This document shows positions 1 through 10,807 of a stretch of DNA of 64,000 nucleotides, in pieces. Source of the stretch: Pseudovirgaria hyperparasitica. Taxonomy: Eukaryota. How positions within the stretch are numbered: position 1 is the first letter of the stretch; every line of letters starts with the position of its first letter. The notes under the pieces were generated by a model. The model saw only the letters and a program-made list of their open reading frames with translations. It was not told where the DNA came from and searched no databases. The position numbers and the translations under genes were made by a program. The stretch is taken from assembly GCA_010093815.1 (NCBI GenBank), contig ML996572.1, one strand, 5' to 3'.

Positions 1-813
1 GGATACTATCCTAAGCTAATAGAGCCCTAAGGAGCTTAGCCGCGTTATACGGTCGTGGATCTAGAATAAATAGAGAGAGGTACTTAAAGCCTAGTAGGTC
101 TCCTAATAGAATAGGTATCTAGAATAGATCTAAGGGCCTTAGAAGGAACTAAGTAAATAGATATATAAAGGGCTAACGAAGGCCTAAGCATCTATACTCC
201 TCTAAGCCCGAATAGGCGCTATAGGTCTTCTATATTACCTCTACTAGAGAGGCGTCCTAGATATATCTCCCTAGTGCGAGGACTACGGCCGGAGAGATAT
301 AATACGCCACTACCTCGCGACGTGCTCTAGCCTCTATACCCTAAGATAAGCCCTCGTCCGTATAACGAGGACCTCCGATATTATATAATAGCTTAATAAG
401 TACCTTAAGGATATTACCCGATAGATGCTCGTATACCTTCCTCTCCTCTAGTTCTAGTAGACCCGCGTATATATACCGGAAGAAGCCTAATATATACTAG
501 AAGAACCCCGGTATACGTTAGAAGAACCCCGGGAGAACCGCGATTATTAGTTAAGGGTAGCCCTTAACTAATAATCTCCGTACCTACACGTGCTACCTAA
601 GGGTAAACTATTATAATATAGGCTATAGGCCTATAGGTAGCCCCTAGGGCTATATATATATAAAGAACGAGAGGATAGATAGAGCGTAGTTATGGATATA
701 AGGGAGTTTTTCCTATTTATAGGTTTCTTCTTATATAGTAGCTTAGACTAGAGAAGGCATGCGCCTATAGAGTGGTACTCTACCTAGTTTACTAATATTA
801 TTATTATTATTAT
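1..813 (+). mobile_element. LINE L1 (Tad1-like), 3' end only: end of ORF2, 3' UTR and (TAT)n tail; inserted into the integrase region of Gypsy copy A0
   Basis: Reverse complement of the L2 3' end (10531-11350). Tail tattattatt at ~797-813 is followed directly by A-family integrase sequence. Confidence 0.85.
542..576. repeat. Palindrome gattattagttaaggg-tag-cccttaactaataatc at the ORF2 end of L1
   Basis: 16-bp perfect inverted arms 542-557 and 561-576. Confidence 0.95.
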
Positions 814-1243
814 AGATATACTACTCCGTAACGTAGTCCGGCTCTATAGTATACTAAATAGTATAGTTTTAGATAGAGGTCTATAGATAACATCTAAATT
901 TTAGAAGGATTTCTACTATATACTAGAAATTAAGCGGAAACTTAGTACTACGTTCTATCTATAAATAGATAGATAGATAGAGTAGTAGAATTAGATAGTC
1001 GAGGCGTATTTACGCGTATATTATAACTATAAGTAGAATAACTAGGTAAGGTTAGTCTATATTATAGAATTTATATATAATAATAGCCGATATATGTTAA
1101 CCTACGTAAGTCTATTTAAAGTAAACTTCGGTTAGAACTATAATATATAGTTCTTAGAGACTTAGTTTAAAGTAGAATAACCTAACGTTAAAGTAATAGA
1201 AATTACTATAGAACTATTCTAAATATAAAGAAGCGTTATAAAG

Positions 1244-1471
1244 TGTAAGAATAGGGTAGTTAGATAGTAGTGTAGCCAGATAGAATAATAGGGTGTATTC
1301 TATTATAGAACGAATTACTACCGAACCCTTTCGGTAGGAATCCGAGAGTATATATATAAAGGGACGCCGATCTATCTAGCACGTAACTATTTACCACCCT
1401 TCACGTTACCTCCTAACCCTATTAGCTAAGGTACGTATAGGTCGAGTCCTACCTAAGGCTAAGTCCTAATA
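1244..1471 (-). repeat. A1 3' LTR
   Basis: Direct repeat of 8402-8629. Confidence 0.95.
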
Positions 1472-2043
1472 ATTATCCCTTCCCTCTAGGAAGCTACCCT
1501 TAGCGACCTAGATCATTATCTATCCCTATATCCCTATCCTAAGTCTTATAAGACCTTAGTCGTTCTCCATGCTTCGTCTTAGATACTTACCGATATTCGC
1601 CGATCTAAGATTCACACAAGCGTTTTCCTAACAAACTAGATTTTAGTCTATCTTAACTTCTCCCCTAGGTGAGATTACCTAATTAGGCCTAGCGTATTAT
1701 GTAATGTGATTAGGTAAGCCCGGGTGCTACCTATATCAAAATCTTTTCTTAGAAATATTCCTTTCTTTAAAAAACCTCTTAACTCTTTATAGAGTTTTTT
1801 AGATTATTAGGTATATCACCCGATCCTTATAGACATAGATTTATATAGATTTACTATAATTTAGTACGATTTACGTAATTTACTGATTTTCGTGCCGTCC
1901 TTAGCTAGTAATAATATAATTCGTAATAATCCGCATAAATTAATAATAATTATAATATGGTTTCCCGAAATCTCGACACTCTAAAGCAATCGGCGCGGAA
2001 ATAGGCGCCTTCGAATAATCCCTGTCTTACATACGTCACCGAC

Positions 2044-2938
2044 ATGTCGAAAGCCATTAATCTACCCCGACCTAGGCCGGGCTCTAATAATCTAGCCATA
2101 TATTATTATGGTTATCGCTTTCCGTTGTACATTACTTACGGTAGTACTAAATCTATGATATACGGTACTTACATGACTAAGAAGCGTTATTACTTATAGG
2201 TATTTAAGTAAGTTTAAAGAACTTTACGTAGATTCACTTATATCGGTGTAGATTACTACTAGGCCTCTAGTAACCCCTACCGATAAGGAGCGTGGTACTA
2301 CTAATCGCAACGCCTTAGAGAAGGCTTTCTACGAGCTATATACCTAAGATAAGGGTTACGCCTAGGAGTACGATTCTAATAAGATCCGTAAGGGTTTATC
2401 GGAATCTACTATAGCTATTATTACCGCGATTACTAGGTAATATCGTTTTTCTTAAATCGTTATAGATTCTTACTAATATATATTAATCTCTATAATAGTG
2501 CTAAAATCTCTACCACTTCGGACTTCTTTCTATATACCGGCGATATTAAAATTCCTAGAAAAGGTTCTAGTAAAAAGGCTAAGGTTCCTTCCTCGCGCGT
2601 GCTAAAGAGCCGTAAATTTAGGGAAGATGGCTCTAATCTAGAAGTTTCTACACTAACGGTATGTGGTTCTATACCGATCGTTGAATCTTTTCGCTGATTT
2701 ATATAATTCTTAGCGTGCCCGCGCCGGTCCGTCCCTCTCTATCCCGGGTCCCGCCGCTCCGTAGGTTTCTATAGAGGAGTTTATAGCTATAAGGCGCGCT
2801 ATATAGAATTTATAGCGTCGGAACGAAAGGCTAGAGACTTATATTATAAAGCTCTATACTATGCTAAATAAGAACTAGCGGAAGGAATTAGATAGAACCA
2901 TCGCGGTGATTAGTACTTCTACTCCTACTCCGACTTAA
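2044..2938 (+). pseudogene. Antisense accessory gene of Gypsy family A (exons 2044-2199, 2252-2436, 2499-2658, 2714-2938; ~241 aa; Zn2Cys6-like N-terminus, coiled-coil C-terminus), RIP-damaged
   Basis: Starts at ATG; three GT..AG introns of 52, 62 and 55 nt; exons join in frame. Internal stops are all TAA/TAG, as expected from RIP of CAA/CAG/TGG. Confidence 0.8.
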
Positions 2939-3334
2939 TTAGTTTAGATCTACACCGATTAGTACTAATATGTCTCTTTTATCTGGCGTTTTTGGTTTTT
3001 TCGGTTTTAATTTTAAAGCGATCTTATTTCTTCTAGATAGATTAGTACGAGTTTATATAGATCTATATAGATCTTTATATTTTCTTTTAGCTTTCTTAAT
3101 TTTATCTTTCTTTAATAATAACTTCTTTAATCTTTTTAGTAATCTATACCGATCTATACCAATCGGTACCGATTTTCGATGTCCATTTCTCTTAGTAAAT
3201 CATTTTTCTAAGTCTCTTTTTTAGTTAAATTTTTTAAAGTTCTAAGTTCGAACTTTCTAAGGAAGTTCCTTAATTCCTTAGAATGTTTTAAAGATCTATA
3301 TCTCTTTCACCTTCTTCCTTTTAGGCGGCCGTCC

Positions 3335-6300
3335 TTAGCACCAAACTATACTAAAAAACGTCGAATCGCCGTACTTTAGCATAATTCTCTGCGATTCCGC
3401 GGCTTCCTTTACTAATCGCTACTCATATACTAATATCGCTACTTTACTAATGTTTATTGTAGGTTCCTAAGTATCTTCGTTAGGATTATACCCTTTCTAA
3501 TAAATTTTATATAGCCACGTACTATCTTCGGCACGTTATTAGCCTAGTATCTACTTAACTTCGTAGATATCCGCACCTCCTTACGTAACTACTTTATATA
3601 ATGTCTATTCGGAACGATCCGGCAACGATAAGGCATGGAATGGCTCGAGAAGCGTAATATGGAACACATTATATATCTTTAACGTGGGAGGGAGTTTCAA
3701 CTTATACGCCTGGTTATTAATTACACGAGTAACCTTAAATGGACCTATCATCGTGTAGTTAAGCTTCTTCTTCGGCCTAATACTACGAATATTCTTACTA
3801 TTTAGTAAAACTTTATCTCTAATATTAAAGATTATAGGCTTTCTACCCTTATCATGGTGCGATTTACTATAATCTATAGCATCTTATAATAACTTTATAA
3901 CGCTTCTTTGCGTTTAGAATAGTTCTATTATAATCTCCGTCGCCTTAACGTTAGGCTACTCTAATTTATACTAAGTTCCTATAAACTACGCTTTATGGTT
4001 TCGACCGAAGTTTGCTTCGAACGGACTTACGTGGGTTAACGCATGTCGGCTATTATTATACGCGAATTCCGCGATATAGACTAACCTTACCTAGTTATCT
4101 TGCTTATAGTTATAATATACGCGTAAATACGCCTTAACTATCTGATTCTACCGCTCTATCTACCTATCTATTTATAGGTGGAACGCGGTGCTAAGTTTCC
4201 GCTTAATTCCTAGCGTATAGTAGAAATCCTTCTAAAACTTAGACGTTATCTACGGACCTCTATCCGAAACTATGCCGTTTAGTATACTATAGAGCCGAAC
4301 TACGTCACGAAGTAGTATATCTATAAGATCCGGTACTTAGATCGTCTTTCTTATAGGGATATAGTATAACATCTTTATAAATCTATCTAGAACTACGAGT
4401 AAACTATTATAAACATACCTAAGATACTTACTTAGGGGTAGATCTGTGATGAAATCCATCGACAATTCCTTCCATGCTTCCTTTAGCATAGGTAATGGCC
4501 TTAATTCGCTATATGGCAAGTGTCTATACACTTTCGTATGCTGGTAAACGTTATACGTTTTTACGTAGTCTTTCATATATTTATGAAGACCCGGCTAGTC
4601 GTACATCCTTCGGATTAAATCGACCGTCCTTATAACGCTGAAGTGCCCTACTAACGCGTAATCGTGCTATTCCCTTAAAATATTAATTTATAAGCCGCCT
4701 TCCGGCACGTAGAGTCGGCCTTAGAAGTAGATCGCGTCTAATCGTCGTTCCTACCTTAATAACCATAGCGGATCTATAGCGCTTCCTTTTATACTCATGA
4801 CTTTCTTTACTAATATATCGGAATTCTAGGTAGATTTAATCAAGTCTTCGAGGATTTGCTCTATTTCTTAGATATTAGTTTAGATTACTTGATACCCGCT
4901 CTAATTCCCGCGGAGAGTCGCCGAAAGTGTCCTGGCTTCCGGCACTCTATTAGATAACTAGTCTTTTAGTATCTATAGTATAGTATAGTCTAAATTACAC
5001 CGACTATCTACGTTATTCTACGACGATTTCTCGTAATCTTCACGCCGTAATAGAGAATCTGCTTTATTCTCTCTTCTAGCTTTATGTGAGATTTTAAAGT
5101 TAAATATTAATATCTACTTAGCCCAACGTACTTATCGGCGATTAAGGACCTTAGTCGATATAAAGTAACGTAGATTTGCGTGATCCGATAATAATTTAAT
5201 CTAATATATAGAGCCTTCTAAATAATATTACTATTACTTAAAACTCTTAATAATTATAAGTAGTTCCTGGTCGTGCGTGTTATAACGCGTCTCTATATCC
5301 GCCATTTTACGGGAAAAGAAGGCGACCGGGTGCTATTACACCTTATCTTTCGTATCTTTATGCGGTTAACTAATGATTCTAGTAATTACGAATCTAGATG
5401 CGTCTATTTCGACCCGAATATGCTTCTTAGGATCGAAATACCTAAGAATCGGCGTAGTTATAAAGTAATTCTTTAATGATCGGAACGCATCTCGCGCTTC
5501 CGGCGTTAACTATATCTCGACCGACTTAGCTTTACGCTATGCTCGCCCACCTATAGGGATTTTACCGCCATTTTCGGTGAGTTTATTAAGCGGCGCCGTA
5601 ATTCGTGAGAAACCTATAATGAATTTACGATAATAGTTTACGAAACCTATAAACGTCCTGATTTAACGTATAGTAGTAGGTTCTAGCCATTCTATAATGG
5701 TCTTGACACGCTCTAGCTCTATTTTAAGGCCGCTGTGTGTTATAATAAAGCCGAGAAACCCAACTTCTTATTAGTAAAACTTATATTTAGACAACTTTGC
5801 GTAGAGTTTATGCTGTCTTAAACGATTTAGCACCAATTTCACGTGTTCTTCGTGATTCTACATGCTATCGGAGTAAATTAGTATATTATTAAGGTAAACT
5901 ACGTAGATTACATTAAGTAATCCTATAAGTGTAGTATTAATGTATCCTTAGAACGCTCCTAGCGCATTTATTAGCCTAAACGGCACAATAGTATACTTAA
6001 AATAACCATATCTGGTCCGAAATGCGGTTTTCCACTTATCTCCGCGACGGATTCGAAGCCGGTAATATATATCTCGTAAATCTAGCTTCGTAAAGTACTT
6101 TGCCTTCGTTAATTAGTCTAAAGATTTACTAACTAATAGTAATGGGTGACGATTCTTCTTAGTCACCGCATTTAGTACTTGATAGTCGACGCATAGACGT
6201 AAACTTCCGTCTTTCTTCTTCACGAAGAGAATAGGTACGCCGGCTAATAACGTACTATGACGTATCTAGCCTCTTCCGAGATATTCTTTAATATATTTAT

Positions 6301-7060
6301 AAAGAACTTTAAGTTCTAGTCTCGAAAGTAGGTAAAGTAGACTATAAGGGACGTCTACTCCCTCTTCGAGCTTGATCTTTAGCTTATACGGCCTATGGTT
6401 AGGGAGAAGTGACGCGTCTTCTACCGAAAACACATCCGTATACTACGAATATACGTTAGGTAGCGTGTCTTTACCCTGATTATTACCATCCTCTTCGTCT
6501 TCGTCGACGATCGATAGGGATATAAGATAGATTAGTAACGATCGGGTCCGCACGGCGAGGTTCTATGCCTCCTTACTAATAGTTACGACTTACTAGTATA
6601 ATTTACCGCGATGTCGACGGAACGTTAATGTCTCCTTCTAAAAATCGAGGATTGGGTTTAGGCGTTTAAGCTAAGGCATCCCTAGAATTATATTCTATTA
6701 GCTAATATTAGCCACAATAAATTTATTAGACATCTACTATTTTATTATCTTTAAGTTATGAACTTCGTAATTCGTTATAGTTTTATCTAAAGTTCTAACT
6801 TCATGTCCATTAACTACGATGGTTTAGCTAACTTTGCCGAGATCGTACGATAATCTATACTCCTTAGCGAGAATCGACGAAATATAGTTATCTTCTATAC
6901 TAGTGTCCACGAGGGCCTATATAGTTTTATTACCATTTACTATGGGTAATAATACTTTTAGTAATATTAGGTCTTTACTCGCCGGAAGGCGCTACGGCTC
7001 CTCCTAAGTATATATAATTTAGCTAAGAACGCGGTTAGGTCTCGCGTACTAGCCTATTCT
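3335..7060 (-). pseudogene. pol: A1 pol (PR-RT-RH-IN-chromodomain), RIP-damaged
   Basis: Integrase motif WKELSMDFITDLP (ORF 4337-4576); RT motifs KTAFRTRYG and YLN/DD; chromodomain YEV..IL...Y.I.(W)KGY...DT(W)EP at ~3440-3580. Confidence 0.9.
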
Positions 7061-8385
7061 TTTTTCGGATTCTTATAGTTAGGCGAAATATATCCCTTTT
7101 CTCTATACTTATAGTAATAAAGTGCGCTATGATCCTACTATTTTGCGATAGGCGTTATATTTAAGCCTGTGCCTTATCCTTTTCCGCGTTGGGAACCACC
7201 GTCTCGATTATTTTAGTGTCCTCTTAACGCGTTTCTACCCCGATTTACGCTCTTCTAGCGTTAATCGCGGTAAGGTTACTCTTAATCGAACGTATTCGAT
7301 CGACCTCGTTTCTAACCCGTATAGGGTTCGTCGGTTTTACCTAGAGAGCCGCGTTCCTTAAGGATGCGGTAGTGTTCGTTAGCTTTCTCCTCTAATTCGT
7401 GTAGATAGTTAAAACTTAATAATACTATTCCTAATCTTTCGCGGATTAACGGGAGTAGTACTTCGCGAAACTAGAATATACGAATATTTTCCTATAGTAT
7501 AGGGATATTATCCTAGAGGTTTTATAGGTATTATAGTAGTTAAGTAGATGTCTAGTTCGGTCGTTGTGCCACGCTTCTTAACTTAGATAGTGCCTTTCTT
7601 TCGCGTTCTCCGTTAGTTCCGAGGGTATTTAGTATAAATATAGCTAAATGTTCCTAGGTTATCGCTGATAGTGGCTTGACTTCCTTCTATCTATCCTATT
7701 AATCGCGGGATTATAAACCTAAGTAACGTTCTCCGAATAAAATGCGTTATACTTCGGTAGAAAAGAGCATAGGGTTATTAAGGAAGTACTTCTCGTAGTC
7801 TCTCTTCTAATCTTTCCACTCCTTTTAGTTCTTCCCTATAAATATAGTCGGATCTTTAGATTTCGGCACACCTAAGGAAGGAGTAGGGTAAATTGGTAAC
7901 GAAGCGGCCGGGTATATAGTGGATTATCGCAACTCTAATGGTAGGTAAACTAATTCCGCCTAAATTAGTATAGGAAGTCGTCTACCTTCTATCGTTCCGC
8001 GTAGTCTTTTAAGAGACTCGTTAAGTTCTCGTCGTTTTGCGAGGAGTTTCGCACGTTCGGTCTATTCTTTAAGGATCTATATCTCTCGGGCTTAATTAGC
8101 GATATACTCCTATAGTTCGGCGATTAATGGTTGTGATTCCTCGTGTAGCTCTACCACGACTCGTTATCTAGCTTCCTATCGTAGGAAGTCGCTTAGTATA
8201 TCCACTATTTCCTTATTAGAAAGTTCCGTGATTCGGTCGGACATCTCCACTTCTCTATTAAGAACGGCCGGATTTAATGCCGATTATAGAGGATCCCTGT
8301 TATTTAATATAGTGTTGCTTGTCCCTATAGTGGATCGTGTCGACCTTCTTGGTTCTAGTTAGACTATCTTAACTATAGTACTATA
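7054..8385 (-). pseudogene. gag: A1 gag with C-terminal CCHC knuckle
   Basis: De-RIPed CYKCGEKGHISPNC at ~7075-7120, then PKKE-stop with A-AAA-AAG. Start position approximate. Confidence 0.75.
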
Positions 8386-8401
8386 TGGGTAGTAATTCGA
8401 A

Positions 8402-8629
8402 TGTAAGAATAGGGTAGTTAGATAGTAGTGTAGCCAGATAGAATAATAGGGTGTATTCTATCATAGAACGAATTACTACCGAACCCTTTCGGTAGGAATC
8501 CGAGAGTATATACACAAAGGGACGCCGATCTATCTAGCACGTGACTATTTACCGCCCTTCACGTCACCTCCTAACCCTGTTAGCTAAGGTACGTGCAGGT
8601 CGAGTCCTGCCTAAGGCTAAGTCCTAACA
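8402..8629 (-). repeat. A1 5' LTR
   Basis: tgtaagaat...gtcctaaca, direct repeat of 1244-1471. Confidence 0.95.
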
Positions 8630-9587
8630 TAAAGTTACTATAAGATACTATAAATTATAGTAAATTATACTATAATAAGGGTAGAAAACCTATAATCTTT
8701 AATATTAGGGATAAAGTTTTACTAAATAGTAAGAATATTTATAGTATTAGACTAAAGAAGAAGCTTAACTATATAATAATAGATCTATATAAGATTACTT
8801 ATATAATTAATAACTAGACGTATAAGTTATAACTCCCTTATATATTAAAGATATATAATATATTCTATATTACGCTTCTCGAGCCATTTTATACCTTATT
8901 ATTACTAGATTATTCTAAATAGATACTATATAAAGTAGTTATATAAGAAGGTATAGATATCTATAAAGTTAAGTAGATACTTAGCTAGTAACGCGCTAAA
9001 GATAGTATATAGCTATATAAGATTTATTAGAAAGAATATAATTCTAATAAAGATACTTAGAAATCTATAATAAATATTAGTAAAGTAGTAATATTAGTAT
9101 ATAAGTAGTAATTAGTAAAGAAAGCTACGGAATCGTAGAGAATTATACTAAAGTATAGTAATTTAATATTTTTTAGTATAGTTTAGTACTAAGAACGGCC
9201 GTCTAAAAGGAAGAAGGTAAAAGAGATATAGATCTTTAAAATATTCTAAGGAATTAAGGAACTTCCTTAGAAAGTTTAAACTTAGAACTTTAAAAAATTT
9301 AACTAAAAAGAAGACTTAGAAAAATAATTTACTAAGAGAAATAGATATTAAAAATTAGTACTAATTAGTATAGATCGGTATAGATTACTAAAGAGATTAA
9401 AGAAGTTATTATTAAAGAAAGATAAAATTAAGAAAGCTAAAAGAAAATATAAAGATCTATATAGATCTATATAAACTTATACTAATCTATCTAGAAGAAG
9501 TAAGATTACTTTAAAATTAAAACTAAAAAACTAAAAACGCTAGATAAAAGAGATATATTAGTACTAATTAGTATAGATCTAAACTAA

Positions 9588-10482
9588 TTAAGTTAGAGTA
9601 GAAGTAGAAGTACTAATTACCGTGATAATTATATCTAATTCCTTCTACTAGTTCTTATTTAGTATAGTATAGAGCTTTATAATATAAGTCTCTAGCCTTT
9701 TATTCTAATACTATAAATTCTATATAGCGCGCCTTATAGCTATAAACTTCTCTATAGAAATCTATAGAGCGGCGGGACCTAGAATAGAGAGAGATAGACC
9801 GGCGTAGATACGCTAAGAATTATATAAATTAGCGAAAAGATTTAATAATTAGTATAGAACTATATACCTTTAGTATAGAAACTTCTAGATTAGAGCTATC
9901 TTCTCTAAATTTATAGCTCTTTAGCACGCACGAGAAAGGAACCTTAGCCTTTTTACTAGAATCTTTTCTAGGAATTTTAATATCGCTAGTATATAGAAAG
10001 AAGTCTAAAGTAGTAGAGATTTTAGTACTATTATAGAGATTAATATATATTAGTAAGAATCTATAATAATTTAAGAAAAACGATATTACCTAGTAATCGC
10101 GGTAATAATAGCTATAGTAGATTCTAATAAATCCTTATAGATGTTATTAGAATTATACTCCTAGGCGTAACTCTTACCTTAGATATATAGTTTATAGAAA
10201 GCCTTCTCTAAGGCGTTATAATTAGTAGTACTATACTTCTTATTAGTAGAGGTTACTAGAGGCCTAGTAGTAATCTATACTAATATAAGTAAATCTATAT
10301 AAAGTTCTTTAAACTTACTTAAATACCTATAAGTAATAACGCTTCTTAGTTATATAAGTACTATATATTATAGATTTAGTACTACCGTAAGTAATATACG
10401 ACGGAAAGTAATAACTATAATAATATATAGCTAGATTATTAGAGTCCGGCCTAGGTCAGGGTAGATTAATAGCTTTTAATAT
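9588..10482 (-). pseudogene. Antisense accessory gene copy in A0
   Basis: Reverse complement of 2044-2938, same 895-bp span, more heavily RIPed. Confidence 0.75.
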
Positions 10483-10772
10483 ATTAGTAATATATATAAG
10501 ATAGGGATTATTTAAAGGCGCCTATTTCTATAATAATAATAATAATAATAATATTAGTAAACTAGGTAGAGTACCACTCTATAGGCGCATACCTCCTCTA
10601 GTCTAAGCTACTATATAAGAAGAAACCTATAAATAGGAAAAACTCCCTTATATCTATAACTACGCTCTATCTATCCTCTCGTTCTTTATATATATATAGC
10701 CCTAGGGGCTATCTATAGGCCTATAGCCTATATTATAATAGTTTACCCTTAGGTAGCACGTATAGATACGGA

Positions 10773-10807
10773 GATTATTAGTTAAGGGCTACCCTTAACT
10801 AATAATC
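10773..10807. repeat. L2 3' palindrome
   Basis: gattattagttaaggg-cta-cccttaactaataatc. Confidence 0.95.

Larger units (their letters stand above)
1244..8629 (-). mobile_element. Ty3/Gypsy chromovirus copy A1, full length, RIP-inactivated
   Basis: 228-bp LTRs at 1244-1471 and 8402-8629 (TG...CA); TSD TAAAG at 1239-1243 and 8630-8634; PPT next to the left LTR; gag zinc knuckle, PR, RT, RH, IN and chromodomain on the minus strand. Confidence 0.97.

Noticed and set aside
542..576. Palindromes and tandem repeats as CRISPR repeats or bacterial terminators
   Set aside because: Eukaryotic context, no repeat-spacer periodicity, and fixed positions within LINEs.
2970..3224. 84-aa Phe/Leu-rich ORF as an env-like or membrane protein
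   Set aside because: T-rich low-complexity sequence; the ATG is not kept in other copies; no motif.
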